The notes under the pieces were generated by a model. That model had not been told where the DNA came from. It saw only the letters and a list, made by a program, of their open reading frames with translations, and searched no databases. A stretch of 64,000 nt of DNA from Candidatus Babeliales bacterium. Lineage in GTDB: Bacteria > Babelota > Babeliae > Babelales > JANWKD01. Where the stretch lies: the NCBI GenBank assembly GCA_963701665.1, contig OY969622.1, positions 1,088,001-1,152,000 of the forward strand, in the 5' to 3' direction. Positions within the stretch are counted from its first letter, which is position 1; every line of letters starts with the position of its first letter. Shown here one piece after another: positions 27,971-38,888 of the stretch. The translations under genes and the position numbers were made by a program.

Positions 27971-30715
27971 TTATACTCTACCTATTTTTATGGTCACCAT
28001 GTTGTTCGTATCGACTAATGAGCCAACCGCATGCTGAATCTTAGGCAATGTCACGGCATCAAACTGCTGTGCTCTCGTATCAAAAAAGGTATCTGGGAGG
28101 TTGAACCTCTCTAAAAATAGGAAACTTGCAGCAATGCTTTTATTAGTCTCAAAGTTATCAACTAACGAGTGTTTGAGGGCGTCTTTTGCCTGCTTGAGCT
28201 CATCTTCCGTTACGGTAGCTACGGCAGTATTAATCACCTGCTTAATCGCTGTTTCTGCTTCCTGCAACCTATCTTGAGAAACGATCGTTTTTATAAACAT
28301 ATGGCCTGGCTGGTCTTCTGAATTTTTTAGTAATGAGCCACTGATAGTATAAAATAAACCCGTCCGCTCACGTAACTGAAAGAGGCGTGAACTCATAGCG
28401 CCTAGAGCCCCGCCAGTCAAAATCTGATCAAACACTAAAAGCGCATCAAAATCTGGATGTTCACGCGCTACTGATAATCCTGCGAAAGCAAGGACGACTT
28501 GATCTCGATTCATGGGATAGAGAACTTCATGAGCTTGCACTGGTTCCAGATGAGGAAAAACTGGCTCTTTAATCTCAACTGGCTTCCAATCACCAAAAAC
28601 TTTAGTAACTTCAGCTTTGATATCAACACCCTCAAGATTACCTACAAGGGAAAGAACCGTTTCTTCAGGGGAAAAACAATGCTTATAAGCATTGACTAGA
28701 TCTTCCTGCGTGATAGCGTTCAAACTTTCCTTAGTTCCTAATGAAAGCAGGCTATAAGGGTGATTTTTGTAAACTTCTTTGCGCGCCAAATAACCCACAA
28801 ACTGCGATGGGTTATCCCAGAAATTATCAAGCTCACTGAGCATTTGTTTGCGCACTTTTTCAATAGCTTTTTTGGGGAAATTAGCATTGGTAAGCACTTC
28901 ATGAAGCAATGATAAACCTTTTTTAACATCATCACTTAACATACTGAGTGCTGCAAAACCAGGTTTAGATTCAAACGTCATACCGAGCGTTTCAATAGCA
29001 TCTGCAAGCTCTTGCGCTGACATGCTATGAGTACCTTCAAGCAACATTTTATTAACGAAGGTGCTCAATCCTTGTAACTCAGCAGGATCGTTGCATTGGT
29101 CTTCTTTAAACTCAAGGATTGCCTCAATTTTGGCAATCGATGGATTGTGATAATAAAGAACCGTTAATCCGTTAGGCATTACAAAGCGCGTGGGTTTTGG
29201 AAAATGAAAGAGTGGTGCAATGCCCGGCTCAATATCATGCACGCGTTTACCCTGCTCAACCTCGACTTCACGAACTATAGCTGACAAAATACGCGCGTCT
29301 TCTTTATCCGAGCGTTCTTGGGCAATTTGCCAAAGATCTTTATCTTTTTGTTCAAGTGGCAACAGCAAGCCTTGATGCATCAAGCATGCGCGGAAATGCC
29401 GCGTTAAAATATCGTGAAGCGCGGGCACAATATTGTCAACAGGATATTCCAAGAATTTTGTTAAATATTCATGATCACCTGTTGCCAAATACGATTCGCC
29501 AATAACATAGGCCTGTTTTTGATTATCTTCTAATACTGAAAGATAATCGTTTTGCACCTGTTTGATGGCACGCGTTAGCTCTTGTTCTTTTACTCCGTTG
29601 GTAATTAGTTCTTCAATTTCAGCAACAATAAGCTTTTTGATCTCTTCTAGATCTGAAAGCTCTTTTGGCTGGAAAATAATAAAGAACAAACCATGTTCAA
29701 AAAAATCGTAGTTGAAGGTTTCAATGCTGGTAACCAGTTGCAAATCGTCTTGTAATTTTTTTTGTAACCGCGAAGCTTTTCCTGAAGCTAAAATGAAGGA
29801 AAGGATATCATAAACATAATCATATCCTGCGCGTGCACCCGGAACTAAGAAAGCTAAAGCAACGATAGGATTACTTACTTCGCGATAGAGTGTCACTGAA
29901 GTATTTTCTATATCAGTGCCGTGATAAAATTCTTCTTTTTTATAATCCCAATCGGGTTCGATATGGCCGAATGCTTGTTGAGCATACGCAAATACTTCTT
30001 CTGCTTTCACATCACCCACAACAACGAGCGTTGCATTGTTAGGAATATAGTGATGGTTATAGAACGAAACGAGTGCATCTCGCTTTAAGTTCCACAAATC
30101 CTGTTTAAAACCAATGATGGGATAATGGTAGGGATGATCGGCAAAGATGGTAGAAACCATTTGTTGTACCAGCATTTTGACGTAGCTATCGCGATACATT
30201 TTTAGTTCTTGTACTACTGCCTTCATTTCAGAATTTAAAAAATCCTGTTTAAAACTACAATTGCGCATGCAATCTGCCATGATATTGAGGGCCTCATGCC
30301 AATGATGGCTTGGAAAATCGAATAAGTATCCCGTGTAATCATAGGAAGTAAACGCATTGCAAGAACCAGAAAGTTTCCGGGTAATTTTATCAATATCAGA
30401 TTCAGATAATTTTTCTGTTCCTTTAAAAATCATATGCTCAATTAAATGAGCAATTCCTTTTTCTCCGGTCTTTTCATCTTTTGAGCCAACATTATACCAG
30501 AGTTGAAGAGATGTTTTAGGAATGATATGATTGGGTCTGACTAAAATAGTTAAACCATTATCTAAGATTTTTTTAAAAACTTGATTGTGGAGCGACATAG
30601 ATTTGATTTTTTCCCTGGTTACTTTTTTTGAAAATTCATGTTCTAAGCAAAAGAGCTGACTACAAAATAAAAAAACATATATATAAAGAGTAAATAATTT
30701 CATTCTATTTATCAA
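27971..30715 (-). CDS. M16 family zinc peptidase (pitrilysin-like, fused halves)
   Basis: GIAHLIEHMIFKGT, NAFTS, SRLFQLRERTGLFY. Confidence 0.93.
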   Translation of the reverse strand: MINRMKLFTLYIYVFLFCSQLFCLEHEFSKKVTREKIKSMSLHNQVFKKILDNGLTILVRPNHIIPKTSLQLWYNVGSKDEKTGEKGIAHLIEHMIFKGTEKLSESDIDKITRKLSGSCNAFTSYDYTGYLFDFPSHHWHEALNIMADCMRNCSFKQDFLNSEMKAVVQELKMYRDSYVKMLVQQMVSTIFADHPYHYPIIGFKQDLWNLKRDALVSFYNHHYIPNNATLVVVGDVKAEEVFAYAQQAFGHIEPDWDYKKEEFYHGTDIENTSVTLYREVSNPIVALAFLVPGARAGYDYVYDILSFILASGKASRLQKKLQDDLQLVTSIETFNYDFFEHGLFFIIFQPKELSDLEEIKKLIVAEIEELITNGVKEQELTRAIKQVQNDYLSVLEDNQKQAYVIGESYLATGDHEYLTKFLEYPVDNIVPALHDILTRHFRACLMHQGLLLPLEQKDKDLWQIAQERSDKEDARILSAIVREVEVEQGKRVHDIEPGIAPLFHFPKPTRFVMPNGLTVLYYHNPSIAKIEAILEFKEDQCNDPAELQGLSTFVNKMLLEGTHSMSAQELADAIETLGMTFESKPGFAALSMLSDDVKKGLSLLHEVLTNANFPKKAIEKVRKQMLSELDNFWDNPSQFVGYLARKEVYKNHPYSLLSLGTKESLNAITQEDLVNAYKHCFSPEETVLSLVGNLEGVDIKAEVTKVFGDWKPVEIKEPVFPHLEPVQAHEVLYPMNRDQVVLAFAGLSVAREHPDFDALLVFDQILTGGALGAMSSRLFQLRERTGLFYTISGSLLKNSEDQPGHMFIKTIVSQDRLQEAETAIKQVINTAVATVTEDELKQAKDALKHSLVDNFETNKSIAASFLFLERFNLPDTFFDTRAQQFDAVTLPKIQHAVGSLVDTNNMVTIKIGRV

Positions 30716-30727
30716 AAAGAAAGTTTT

Positions 30728-30982
30728 ATGAATATACGTATTATCTCTACATGTATGGTACTAAGTATCTGTCTAAGTTTAGCAAACCCTCATTATCTCT
30801 CAAGTATGCACCAACCTAATAAACCTCGAGAGATATTTAAACGACCAAGGAGTGAGCACATAGAAGAGGATAACAGAGCCATCCAAATGATTCCTGCACA
30901 AAAGCCTTCTCGTATTAAACAAATGATTCATGCTTGGAATGCCCTGTCGGATCACTTGATTGATAATCACGCTGGGTGTTAA
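30728..30982 (+). CDS. Small hypothetical secreted protein
   Basis: Signal-like N-terminus; only 12 bp from the divergent gene's first ATG. Confidence 0.4.
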   Translation: MNIRIISTCMVLSICLSLANPHYLSSMHQPNKPREIFKRPRSEHIEEDNRAIQMIPAQKPSRIKQMIHAWNALSDHLIDNHAGC

Positions 30983-31059
30983 TCATTCGACTTGCCCAGA
31001 GCAAAAAACTCATCTAAGGTAATATCCAAGATAAAAAAATTTTAATTGAAAAGAGTAGT

Positions 31060-32463
31060 ATGAAAACAATGAGTATTGCCTCTGGGCAGCAATCTAAAAC
31101 CTACCTATATTGGTTAAAAAAGAATTGGTATTATCATCATTTTATTGCAAAGCTCTATAGCTTTTTAGTTCCTATTCATTCATCGGTTTTGCAAATACAA
31201 TGCAGAAACGGTTTTTTGCTCTCATCCCTGACGCCATCTTTTGGCGTAGGGATTGATGAAAATGCATCCTATATTCAAGAAGCACACAATACCTATAGTT
31301 CATTTACTTTTATGCATCAATCAATTAATGCATTATCTATCGATAAAACATTTGATTATATTCTTCTTTCTTCTGCCATCATGGAAGCTGAAGACGTGCA
31401 GCTTGCATTAGAAAAAGTTCATCAGTTTTGTCATGAAGGCACGCGCATTATTTTAGATTTTTATTCTTGTGCATGGGAACCAATATTATGGCTTACCCAA
31501 AAATTAGGACTTCGCCGCACAACGTCATTAAAAAATTGGCTTTCCAAAAATGATGTGAAAAATTTTCTCTACCTAGCGGGTTTTGATCTCATTCGGCACG
31601 AAGCGCATATTCTCATACCAATTTATATTCCATTCTTTTCATGGTTTATTAACACCTATATTGCCCCATTGCCGGGTATAAACAGCTTATGTTTAACGCA
31701 AATTATGATCGCTCGCCCTTTGAGCTCACTCGATAAAAAAACGGAGCACTCGGTTTCTGTCATCATTCCCTGTAGAAACGAGCGCGGCAATATCGAAGGC
31801 GCGGTTTTGCGATGCCCCTCGATGGGCGCGTGGACAGAAATAATTTTTGTCGAGGGCAATTCTCATGATGGCACGCTTGAAGAAATTAAACGCGTGCAGG
31901 AAAAATATCCTGAAAAAAAGATTCGTTATTTTGTGCAGGGCGGCAAAGGTAAAGGTAATGCTGTGCATTTAGGATTTTCTCAAGCGCACGGCGATATTCT
32001 TATGATTCAAGATGGCGATCTCACCGCCCCGCCTGAAGAATTGCCAAAATTTTATCATGCACTCGTTAGTGCAAAGGGCGAATTCATCAATGGCTCTCGT
32101 TTAGTCTATGGCATGGAAGATGAAGCAATGCGCCCGCTCAATTTATTTGCAAATTTTTGCTTTGCACGCGGATTTTCATGGTTGCTCGGACAAACAATTA
32201 AAGACACCCTCTGTGGCACAAAAGTATTATTTAAAAAGGATTATCAAAAAATTTGGCAGAACCGCGCGTTTTTCGGTAATTTCGATCCTTTTGGAGACTT
32301 TGATTTGCTTTTTGGTGCCGCCAAACAAAATTTGAAAATTATTGATATGCCCGTGCATTATAAAAATAGAACGTACGGCAGTACTCAAATCAGCCGCTTT
32401 AGGAATGGATTTTCATTACTCTGTATGTGGTTACTCGCATTCAAAAAGTTTAAATTACGTTGA
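31060..32463 (+). CDS. Methyltransferase-like domain plus GT2 glycosyltransferase
   Basis: SVIIPCRNE, QDGD, DTLCGTK, DPFGDFDLLFGA; N-terminal class I MTase-like fold with degenerate motif I. Confidence 0.88.
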   Translation: MKTMSIASGQQSKTYLYWLKKNWYYHHFIAKLYSFLVPIHSSVLQIQCRNGFLLSSLTPSFGVGIDENASYIQEAHNTYSSFTFMHQSINALSIDKTFDYILLSSAIMEAEDVQLALEKVHQFCHEGTRIILDFYSCAWEPILWLTQKLGLRRTTSLKNWLSKNDVKNFLYLAGFDLIRHEAHILIPIYIPFFSWFINTYIAPLPGINSLCLTQIMIARPLSSLDKKTEHSVSVIIPCRNERGNIEGAVLRCPSMGAWTEIIFVEGNSHDGTLEEIKRVQEKYPEKKIRYFVQGGKGKGNAVHLGFSQAHGDILMIQDGDLTAPPEELPKFYHALVSAKGEFINGSRLVYGMEDEAMRPLNLFANFCFARGFSWLLGQTIKDTLCGTKVLFKKDYQKIWQNRAFFGNFDPFGDFDLLFGAAKQNLKIIDMPVHYKNRTYGSTQISRFRNGFSLLCMWLLAFKKFKLR

Positions 32464-32476
32464 ATTATGAAAAATA

Positions 32477-33637
32477 CTAGCCTTTTAATGCATCAAAAAT
32501 TTTCCCTATATTATCCAATCCACAAACAAATATTTTTTCATCTAAAATATAATAATCACTTTTGGGCACAATGATGTACACATAATCAAGATTAAGATCG
32601 TTAAGCGCACTATGCATAGATTTAGTCACTTTAGGATTGTCTGAATATTTAAATTCAAACCCCAATCGTTTGCCATACTTCATAAGAAATAAATCTAATT
32701 CAGCATCTGAATATGTGGACCAAAAAAAACATTCCGATGTTAATACTTGCGCATAACTAATAGTTTCTTCCAAAGCAAATCCTTCCCAAGAAGCACCAAC
32801 TTTTGGGTTATTGTAGAGTTGATTTTCATCATCAATATTTAAAAGCGTATGTAAAATGCCACTATCACGGAAATATATTTTTGGAGATTTTACTTGTCGC
32901 TTATTAAGATTTTCAAACCATGGTTCTAATGCTCTCACCATAAAAGTACCTGTCAAGATATCTAAATATTTTTTAATGGTATGATGAGAAACCCCCAAAG
33001 ATCTTCCCAATTCACTCGCATTAAAAATTTGACCATGATAATGAGCAAGCATAAGCCAAAATCTGCGCAACTGTTGCGGAGGAATTTGAAAACCAAGATT
33101 AGGAATATCTTGCTCTAAAAAAGTCGTAATATAGTTCTGACGCCAATTAACACTTTTTGCTATATTTTCTGCTAAATATGATCGAGGAAATCCCCCTCGA
33201 AGCCACAATTTTTTACTTTCATGCGTTTCTTCAATGTTAAAAGGCATAACTTCAACATATCCGATTCTACCGGCAAGAGATTCTGAAGATTGTTGTATCA
33301 ATTCACGAGAAGCACTTCCCAAAATTAAAAACTTATGTTTGTTGGAAGTATCATCCACTAAAAATCGTAATATGGGAAACAGATTAGGTCTTCTTTGAAT
33401 TTCATCTATAACAATCAGTGTTTCTGAAGTTTGATTTATAGCAAGAACAGGATTTTCAAGCCGCGATACATCAGCCGGATTTTCTAAATCAAAAAAATGA
33501 TAATCATTAGGATAATATTTTTCAGCATACATATGCGCAAGCGTTGTCTTCCCTGCCTGCCTCGGCCCTAAAAGCCCGCATATGGGATGAACTTCAGCAT
33601 TAAACCTGACTTTAGAAAGTAACTGGGGTCTATTCAT
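32477..33637 (-). CDS. AAA+ ATPase (AAA_14) with DUF4143
   Basis: GPRQAGKT, IDEIQR, ESLAGR, RGGFP, YFRDSG, ELDL..GFEFK. Confidence 0.9.
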   Translation of the reverse strand: MNRPQLLSKVRFNAEVHPICGLLGPRQAGKTTLAHMYAEKYYPNDYHFFDLENPADVSRLENPVLAINQTSETLIVIDEIQRRPNLFPILRFLVDDTSNKHKFLILGSASRELIQQSSESLAGRIGYVEVMPFNIEETHESKKLWLRGGFPRSYLAENIAKSVNWRQNYITTFLEQDIPNLGFQIPPQQLRRFWLMLAHYHGQIFNASELGRSLGVSHHTIKKYLDILTGTFMVRALEPWFENLNKRQVKSPKIYFRDSGILHTLLNIDDENQLYNNPKVGASWEGFALEETISYAQVLTSECFFWSTYSDAELDLFLMKYGKRLGFEFKYSDNPKVTKSMHSALNDLNLDYVYIIVPKSDYYILDEKIFVCGLDNIGKIFDALKG

Positions 33638-33645
33638 ATTTATCC

Positions 33646-33678
33646 TTGAATTTTGGAAGGTCTTATTCCAATTTTCAA
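33646..33678. promoter_or_regulatory. Inverted repeat directly upstream of the second AAA gene
   Basis: TTGAATTTTGGAA-N7-TTCCAATTTTCAA; half-site TCCAATTTTCAATAAA recurs at 33751-33766. Confidence 0.55.
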
Positions 33679-33775
33679 TAAAAATAGGCTAGAAGTCAAG
33701 AAAAAGTGTGTGTACCTGACCTACCCATGACATATTTAGGGGGTTGCCAGTCCAATTTTCAATAAATGTTATTTT

Positions 33776-34597
33776 TCACCACGTATAGCCTAAAGTCTTA
33801 AGAAGCGGGAGTGCTATCTTCCTAAATACAAGTTTGTGACGTTCGAGAAAATGGTTTTTCCATGAACCAATTTTTCCCTCTCGAAATGTTTCTGTGCCAC
33901 CAAATAATCTTTTAGTAAATCTTTCCGCCTCTTTCCTAGATATTTCAATACCAAGATGATGCGCGATTGCTTGAATTTCATACAGCTGTTCTTCCTTGGT
34001 TCCGCCGCCTTTTGGTCCGACTAACTTTTCAAAGGTGGTTGTATAGACGTTTGGATGAAATCTCCACGGTAAGAATAAATCATAAAAAGATTGTATGCCA
34101 TGCAAACTATTCCATGGCTCTTGCTCATGAAATACTGATTGCCAAATTGGGCCTCCTCCAACAATAAGTTCATCAATAATTTCTTCTAAAGGACGCCTAC
34201 CGTATAGAGGCCACGAAAGAGCGTTCTTTTGCAACCAAAAAGCTGTAGAAACTATTTGATCTCTTGGATCTCGATACATAAAAATTATTTTTATATTCTT
34301 ATCTAATAAAAATGATATATTATGCGGACAATATAATACATGAGAGACGATCAATACATCGCTTGTCATAAAAGTATGCATAATGTCGTCATCAAGAAGG
34401 TACACCGTTTTCGGTTCAATATATTTTTTATCTTTACGCAACATCAAGATAAGTTTTTTTACAAGATTTGTACCACATTTTGGTACGGAAATCAGCATGG
34501 GTAAAAAATTATGTTCAGTTTCATGTGCTTCATTATAAGTAATTGAGATTATAAAGACATACATAAGAAATAGGGAGTATTTATTAAAAAGACTCAT
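33776..34597 (-). CDS. Sulfotransferase-domain protein with signal peptide
   Basis: PKCGT (5'-PSB), YRDPRDQIVS (3'-PB), TFREGKIGSWK. Confidence 0.85.
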   Translation of the reverse strand: MSLFNKYSLFLMYVFIISITYNEAHETEHNFLPMLISVPKCGTNLVKKLILMLRKDKKYIEPKTVYLLDDDIMHTFMTSDVLIVSHVLYCPHNISFLLDKNIKIIFMYRDPRDQIVSTAFWLQKNALSWPLYGRRPLEEIIDELIVGGGPIWQSVFHEQEPWNSLHGIQSFYDLFLPWRFHPNVYTTTFEKLVGPKGGGTKEEQLYEIQAIAHHLGIEISRKEAERFTKRLFGGTETFREGKIGSWKNHFLERHKLVFRKIALPLLKTLGYTW

Positions 34598-34599
34598 AA

Positions 34600-35730
34600 T
34601 TATCTGGCTTTTAGAAGAGCACAATCATCATCAACCATTAGTTTTACTAATTTTTCAAACGTAACTTTTGGTTGCCATCCCAGTTTTGAAAAAGCTTTGC
34701 CAGCATCACCTAATAAATGATCCACTTCTGCCGGCCTAAAATAGCGAGGATCAATACGTACTAATACTTGATTCGTTACCGCATCAATACCTTGCTCATT
34801 AAGCCCACTACCTTGCCATTTTAAATCAATATCTACATGCGCAAATGCATGCTCGAGAAATTCTCTCACTGAATGAGACTCTCCTGTTGCAATAACATAA
34901 TCATCTGGTTGATCTTGTTGTAACATCAGCCACATTGCCTCTACATATTCTTTTGCATAGCCCCAATCACGTTTTGCATCTAAATTGCCTACATAAAGCG
35001 TATCTTGTAACCCACTCTTTATTCGTGCAACTGCGCGAGTTATTTTTCTAGTTATAAAAGTTTCACCACGTAAAGGAGACTCATGATTAAATAAAATCCC
35101 ATTGCAGGCAAAAATCCCATACGCTTCACGATAATTTACCGTAATCCAATACGCATAGAGTTTCGCTACTCCGTAGGGTGAACATGGATAAAAGGGCGTT
35201 AATTCGGTTTGCGGACAAGGTGCGTTACCAAAAAGCTCACTCGTTGATGCTTGATAAAACCGCGTTTTATCGGTTAAATTTAGAATTCTAATTGCTTCTA
35301 AGATTCGTAGTGTGCCTAAAGCATCAGCATTGGCCGTATATTCTGGTGTTTCAAATGAAACTTGCACATGACTTTGTGCAGCTAAGTTATAAATTTCGTC
35401 TGGTTGTACCTGTTGAATGATGCGAATAAGGTTCGTACTATCAGTAAGATCGCCATAATGCAAAATAAATTGAGGATATCCTTGATGTAAATCTTTATAC
35501 AAATGATCGATACGGGTAGTATTAATCGATGAAGATCGACGTTTTATACCGTGCACTTCGTAATCTTTTGATAGCAAAAATTCAGCTAAATAAGCGCCAT
35601 CTTGGCCCGTAATGCCGGTAATTAATGCTTTTTTTTGTTTATGTTTAGAGAATTCCTCACTTGACTCATACGCAGCTCCATACAACGAATAGATGCTGAG
35701 AAATGAGAGTGTTAATAACCTGAAATACAT
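34600..35730 (-). CDS. gmd: GDP-mannose 4,6-dehydratase with signal-like N-terminal extension
   Basis: [43 protein letters not shown]. Confidence 0.96.
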   Translation of the reverse strand: MYFRLLTLSFLSIYSLYGAAYESSEEFSKHKQKKALITGITGQDGAYLAEFLLSKDYEVHGIKRRSSSINTTRIDHLYKDLHQGYPQFILHYGDLTDSTNLIRIIQQVQPDEIYNLAAQSHVQVSFETPEYTANADALGTLRILEAIRILNLTDKTRFYQASTSELFGNAPCPQTELTPFYPCSPYGVAKLYAYWITVNYREAYGIFACNGILFNHESPLRGETFITRKITRAVARIKSGLQDTLYVGNLDAKRDWGYAKEYVEAMWLMLQQDQPDDYVIATGESHSVREFLEHAFAHVDIDLKWQGSGLNEQGIDAVTNQVLVRIDPRYFRPAEVDHLLGDAGKAFSKLGWQPKVTFEKLVKLMVDDDCALLKAR

Positions 35731-35734
35731 ACCC

Positions 35735-36823
35735 TTACCCCTTAATCATTGGCATTTTATACCCCAACATTTTTAAATCTTCAAGCCACGCTTTAAGAAG
35801 ATTCAATTCAGAAGGCTTAAAAAAATCTTGTTTAATCAATGTTGTCATGAAATCAAGTATACGAATCCCAAGATCAACTTCTGCGCAATCCCATCCGATT
35901 GCTGCTGTTATAAATTCTCCAGCTTTTAAATATAAATCAATTTCATCAGCAAAATCTTTAAGCAAATCATGTTCATTACGAAATTGAATGGCGGTTGCCG
36001 GTAAAAAACATAAGGAAGCATTAATATCCCATAATATTCTTTGCACCCAATAACTACGCCAAATATCACAAACCCTAAATTTCGGCGTAATAGGTAATAC
36101 TAAACCCCAAAAGGCATCGTAATGAAAAATGGTATTTTGAGAATTAAAAGGACACATTGTTTTTACAGGTAAACTGACCGGTTTTTGGGTTGATTCAAAC
36201 TCAATCTCTTGGCTATGCGTTAAACGAAAAATTGCATCAACATCAGGATCGCTATTAACAAGGCCTTGTTGAATTGGAATAAAAGATCGTTCTAACAAAA
36301 ATTGATGTGACCCGGCTTGATTAATTTCTTTTAACGGAAATCCACGTGGCCATACTCGTGGTTGACCAAAATCAGCATATACATTAACTGCACTCGCATC
36401 TGTTTGATACTGTAGCATTAAACTTTTTTCTGAAAAATACGTGATTGTATCTTCAATTGGAGTATTATCATCATCGGTGTCGTAAATTATTGAAGCACCA
36501 TGCTCTAATGCATATAAATACCCAATATTTTTTCTACTGTAATGATTCCAAGGTAATAATGGACAAATGTTATAGGGTAATTTTTGCTGATCAGCAACAC
36601 TCAAAAAATCACAATTATCCAAATGCCAATCGAGAGGTGTTTTCTTATCTGCAACCACAACCAAATGCCAACCATCAATATTGGCAAGTTTTTCTAATGC
36701 TGGAGTCGGATATTGAATGGTGGTTACTACAATCCATTTATCATGCTGCTGATTAAATAAGAACAAAGGACACAATAAAAGTACAACCGCAATGAAGCTT
36801 TTTATGAATCTGAAAACAAACAT
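35735..36823 (-). CDS. STELLO/DUF288-like glycosyltransferase, N-terminal domain
   Basis: [62 protein letters not shown]. Confidence 0.85.
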   Translation of the reverse strand: MFVFRFIKSFIAVVLLLCPLFLFNQQHDKWIVVTTIQYPTPALEKLANIDGWHLVVVADKKTPLDWHLDNCDFLSVADQQKLPYNICPLLPWNHYSRKNIGYLYALEHGASIIYDTDDDNTPIEDTITYFSEKSLMLQYQTDASAVNVYADFGQPRVWPRGFPLKEINQAGSHQFLLERSFIPIQQGLVNSDPDVDAIFRLTHSQEIEFESTQKPVSLPVKTMCPFNSQNTIFHYDAFWGLVLPITPKFRVCDIWRSYWVQRILWDINASLCFLPATAIQFRNEHDLLKDFADEIDLYLKAGEFITAAIGWDCAEVDLGIRILDFMTTLIKQDFFKPSELNLLKAWLEDLKMLGYKMPMIKG

Positions 36824-36845
36824 CCTCTCCCCCCAATTAAATATT

Positions 36846-37679
36846 TCACCTCTTCAACATTTTTTCAAAAAGATTTTTAATAAATATTTGATTTTCTTTA
36901 TATGAAAGCTTAATCGGATGATTAAAATGAGAATCGAATTTAAAAAGTTTATTTGAATCATAATAATGTAAATGAGTATGACTGCCCTTCAACCATAGCA
37001 ATTCTTCCTTTGAGCATAAGCAGGCTACTATTGTTGGTATCGCTAGCTCTAAAAAAGTATTATATTTACTAAAAATAGCAGCTAGCTCAATAAATTTTTC
37101 TTTATATACCGCAGGTATATACACAAAATCAGAAAATCCTGCTAACACTCGATGTTTTCCATAGTTTTTTGCTAATATTTTTTTATAAGATGCAGGCATG
37201 TCTTTATAGGCTTTCTCCACCGCTTTCCAACCCCATGGAGTGTGCCACCAACCCCACTTAGGAAAAGCGTTTGCTCCAAGTTTAAGATTGATGACATCGC
37301 CTCTCGTGCCAACAATATAAGTCATCTCACAAAGCCAGATTTTTAATTGATCCGCATTTTCCAATAACCATGGACCAAAAATGCAATCATCGTGCAAAAA
37401 AAAGTAACCATCAAAATTTGGGTAGCGCTGCATAGCATCGGAGATACACAAATAACTATAATACCCCTTATTATGTGCTAAAAAATGAACGTCAGGATGT
37501 TTTGTAGGACCATAAAAAACAATATTTGCAAAATAGGGTTCATATATCTCTTGCAATAATGGCATGGATTCGTAATGAGCATGATTATAATTTATGATTA
37601 ATAAAATATTATCAAGTGATTGAGAAAATAAATTATGTATAATTAATAAACTAATTATAAAAATTACTTTAACTTCCAT
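36846..37679 (-). CDS. STELLO C-terminal-domain-like protein
   Basis: LLIINYN, YEPYF, GYFFLHDD, SDFVYIP, FLELAIPT, HPIKLS; signal peptide. Confidence 0.7.
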   Translation of the reverse strand: MEVKVIFIISLLIIHNLFSQSLDNILLIINYNHAHYESMPLLQEIYEPYFANIVFYGPTKHPDVHFLAHNKGYYSYLCISDAMQRYPNFDGYFFLHDDCIFGPWLLENADQLKIWLCEMTYIVGTRGDVINLKLGANAFPKWGWWHTPWGWKAVEKAYKDMPASYKKILAKNYGKHRVLAGFSDFVYIPAVYKEKFIELAAIFSKYNTFLELAIPTIVACLCSKEELLWLKGSHTHLHYYDSNKLFKFDSHFNHPIKLSYKENQIFIKNLFEKMLKR

Positions 37680-37884
37680 TCTGCATTCCCCCCTACAATG
37701 AAAGTTATGGATAAAATCTTATGCTTCTCACAATATTTATCCAAAATAGTAGCAAGTTCTACAAAACCTTATCAAGGGTTAGATATAAAAAAGCAAAAAA
37801 GAGATGCCTACTTTGATATTACAACTTCCAACTTTGGATCAATTGTTTTTTAATTTTTTCTAAGATTTCTTGTTTGTAATCAAC

Positions 37885-38739
37885 CTATGAATTTAACATT
37901 TTAGCAAAAAGTTCTTTAATAAAAGTACGATTTGATTCGTATGAAAGCTTTATCGGATGATTCAAATGAAACTTTTGATTAAAGGCTTTATATTCTTCGT
38001 TATAAGGATAACCAGTACCGGTGCAATATAACCAATTCCATTCTTCTTTTAGGCACAAACATGACAAAATAGTTGGAAGAGCAGTTTCTAAAAAAGCTTC
38101 ATGTTTACCATAAATAACAGCAAGTTCTATAAATACTTCGCGATATTTAGCAGGTATATAAAAAAAATCAGAAAAGGATGCCACTACATGATTTTTACCC
38201 CAATTTTTTTCCAAAATTGCTTTACAATCTTTAGGAAGCTCTTTATATGCCTTTGTCATAGCTTCATAGCCAGATTTTCTAGACCACCAGACCCAGTCAA
38301 TCTTGGAAAAATCTTTAGTGCCCGGTTTTATACTGAAATCAATTGGATTTCCTCTGCTTTTACGCCAAAATAAAATATCAGGGGCCCAAATTGTTGTTGC
38401 GTCAAAATCTTTTAAAAGCCATGCATTAAAAATGCAATCATCCATTAGAAAGAAATACCCTTGAAAATTTGGATACTTTTTCATAGCGTCTGCAATACAC
38501 AAATAACTTAAATATCCTTGATTATGCTGTAATTCATGCACCCCCGAATGTTTAGAAGGCCCATAAAATACTATATTCTTAAAATAAGGCTTATAAATCT
38601 CTTCTAATAGTGGAATGGTATTATAATGAGCATGATTGTAATTAATAATTAATAAAACATCATCAAACAGCGAAGATGCGCAAAATACATTCTTAATGAT
38701 CAACAGTGATAGTGCTAGTATTGTTATTTTAGCCTTCAT
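37885..38739 (-). CDS. STELLO C-terminal-domain-like protein, paralog
   Basis: Same motifs (GYFFLMDD, SDFFYIP, FLETALPT, HPIKLS); GAGGAG RBS before ATG 38739. Confidence 0.7.
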   Translation of the reverse strand: MKAKITILALSLLIIKNVFCASSLFDDVLLIINYNHAHYNTIPLLEEIYKPYFKNIVFYGPSKHSGVHELQHNQGYLSYLCIADAMKKYPNFQGYFFLMDDCIFNAWLLKDFDATTIWAPDILFWRKSRGNPIDFSIKPGTKDFSKIDWVWWSRKSGYEAMTKAYKELPKDCKAILEKNWGKNHVVASFSDFFYIPAKYREVFIELAVIYGKHEAFLETALPTILSCLCLKEEWNWLYCTGTGYPYNEEYKAFNQKFHLNHPIKLSYESNRTFIKELFAKMLNS

Positions 38740-38888
38740 ACGTTCTCCTCTTTTAATACAACTCATATTTAAACACTATTTTTCATCGACTGACAATACA
38801 CAGATGTCATGCATTTCACCTTTTGTCAAATACATGCTATAAAGATTCAAACACCCTTTGCACTAACAAATAATAAAAAAGGTGATCT

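Noticed and set aside
32468..33778. 9-bp inverted match (TGAAAAATA/TATTTTTCA) flanking the second AAA gene
   Set aside because: Too short and AT-rich to distinguish from chance; no long direct repeat found here
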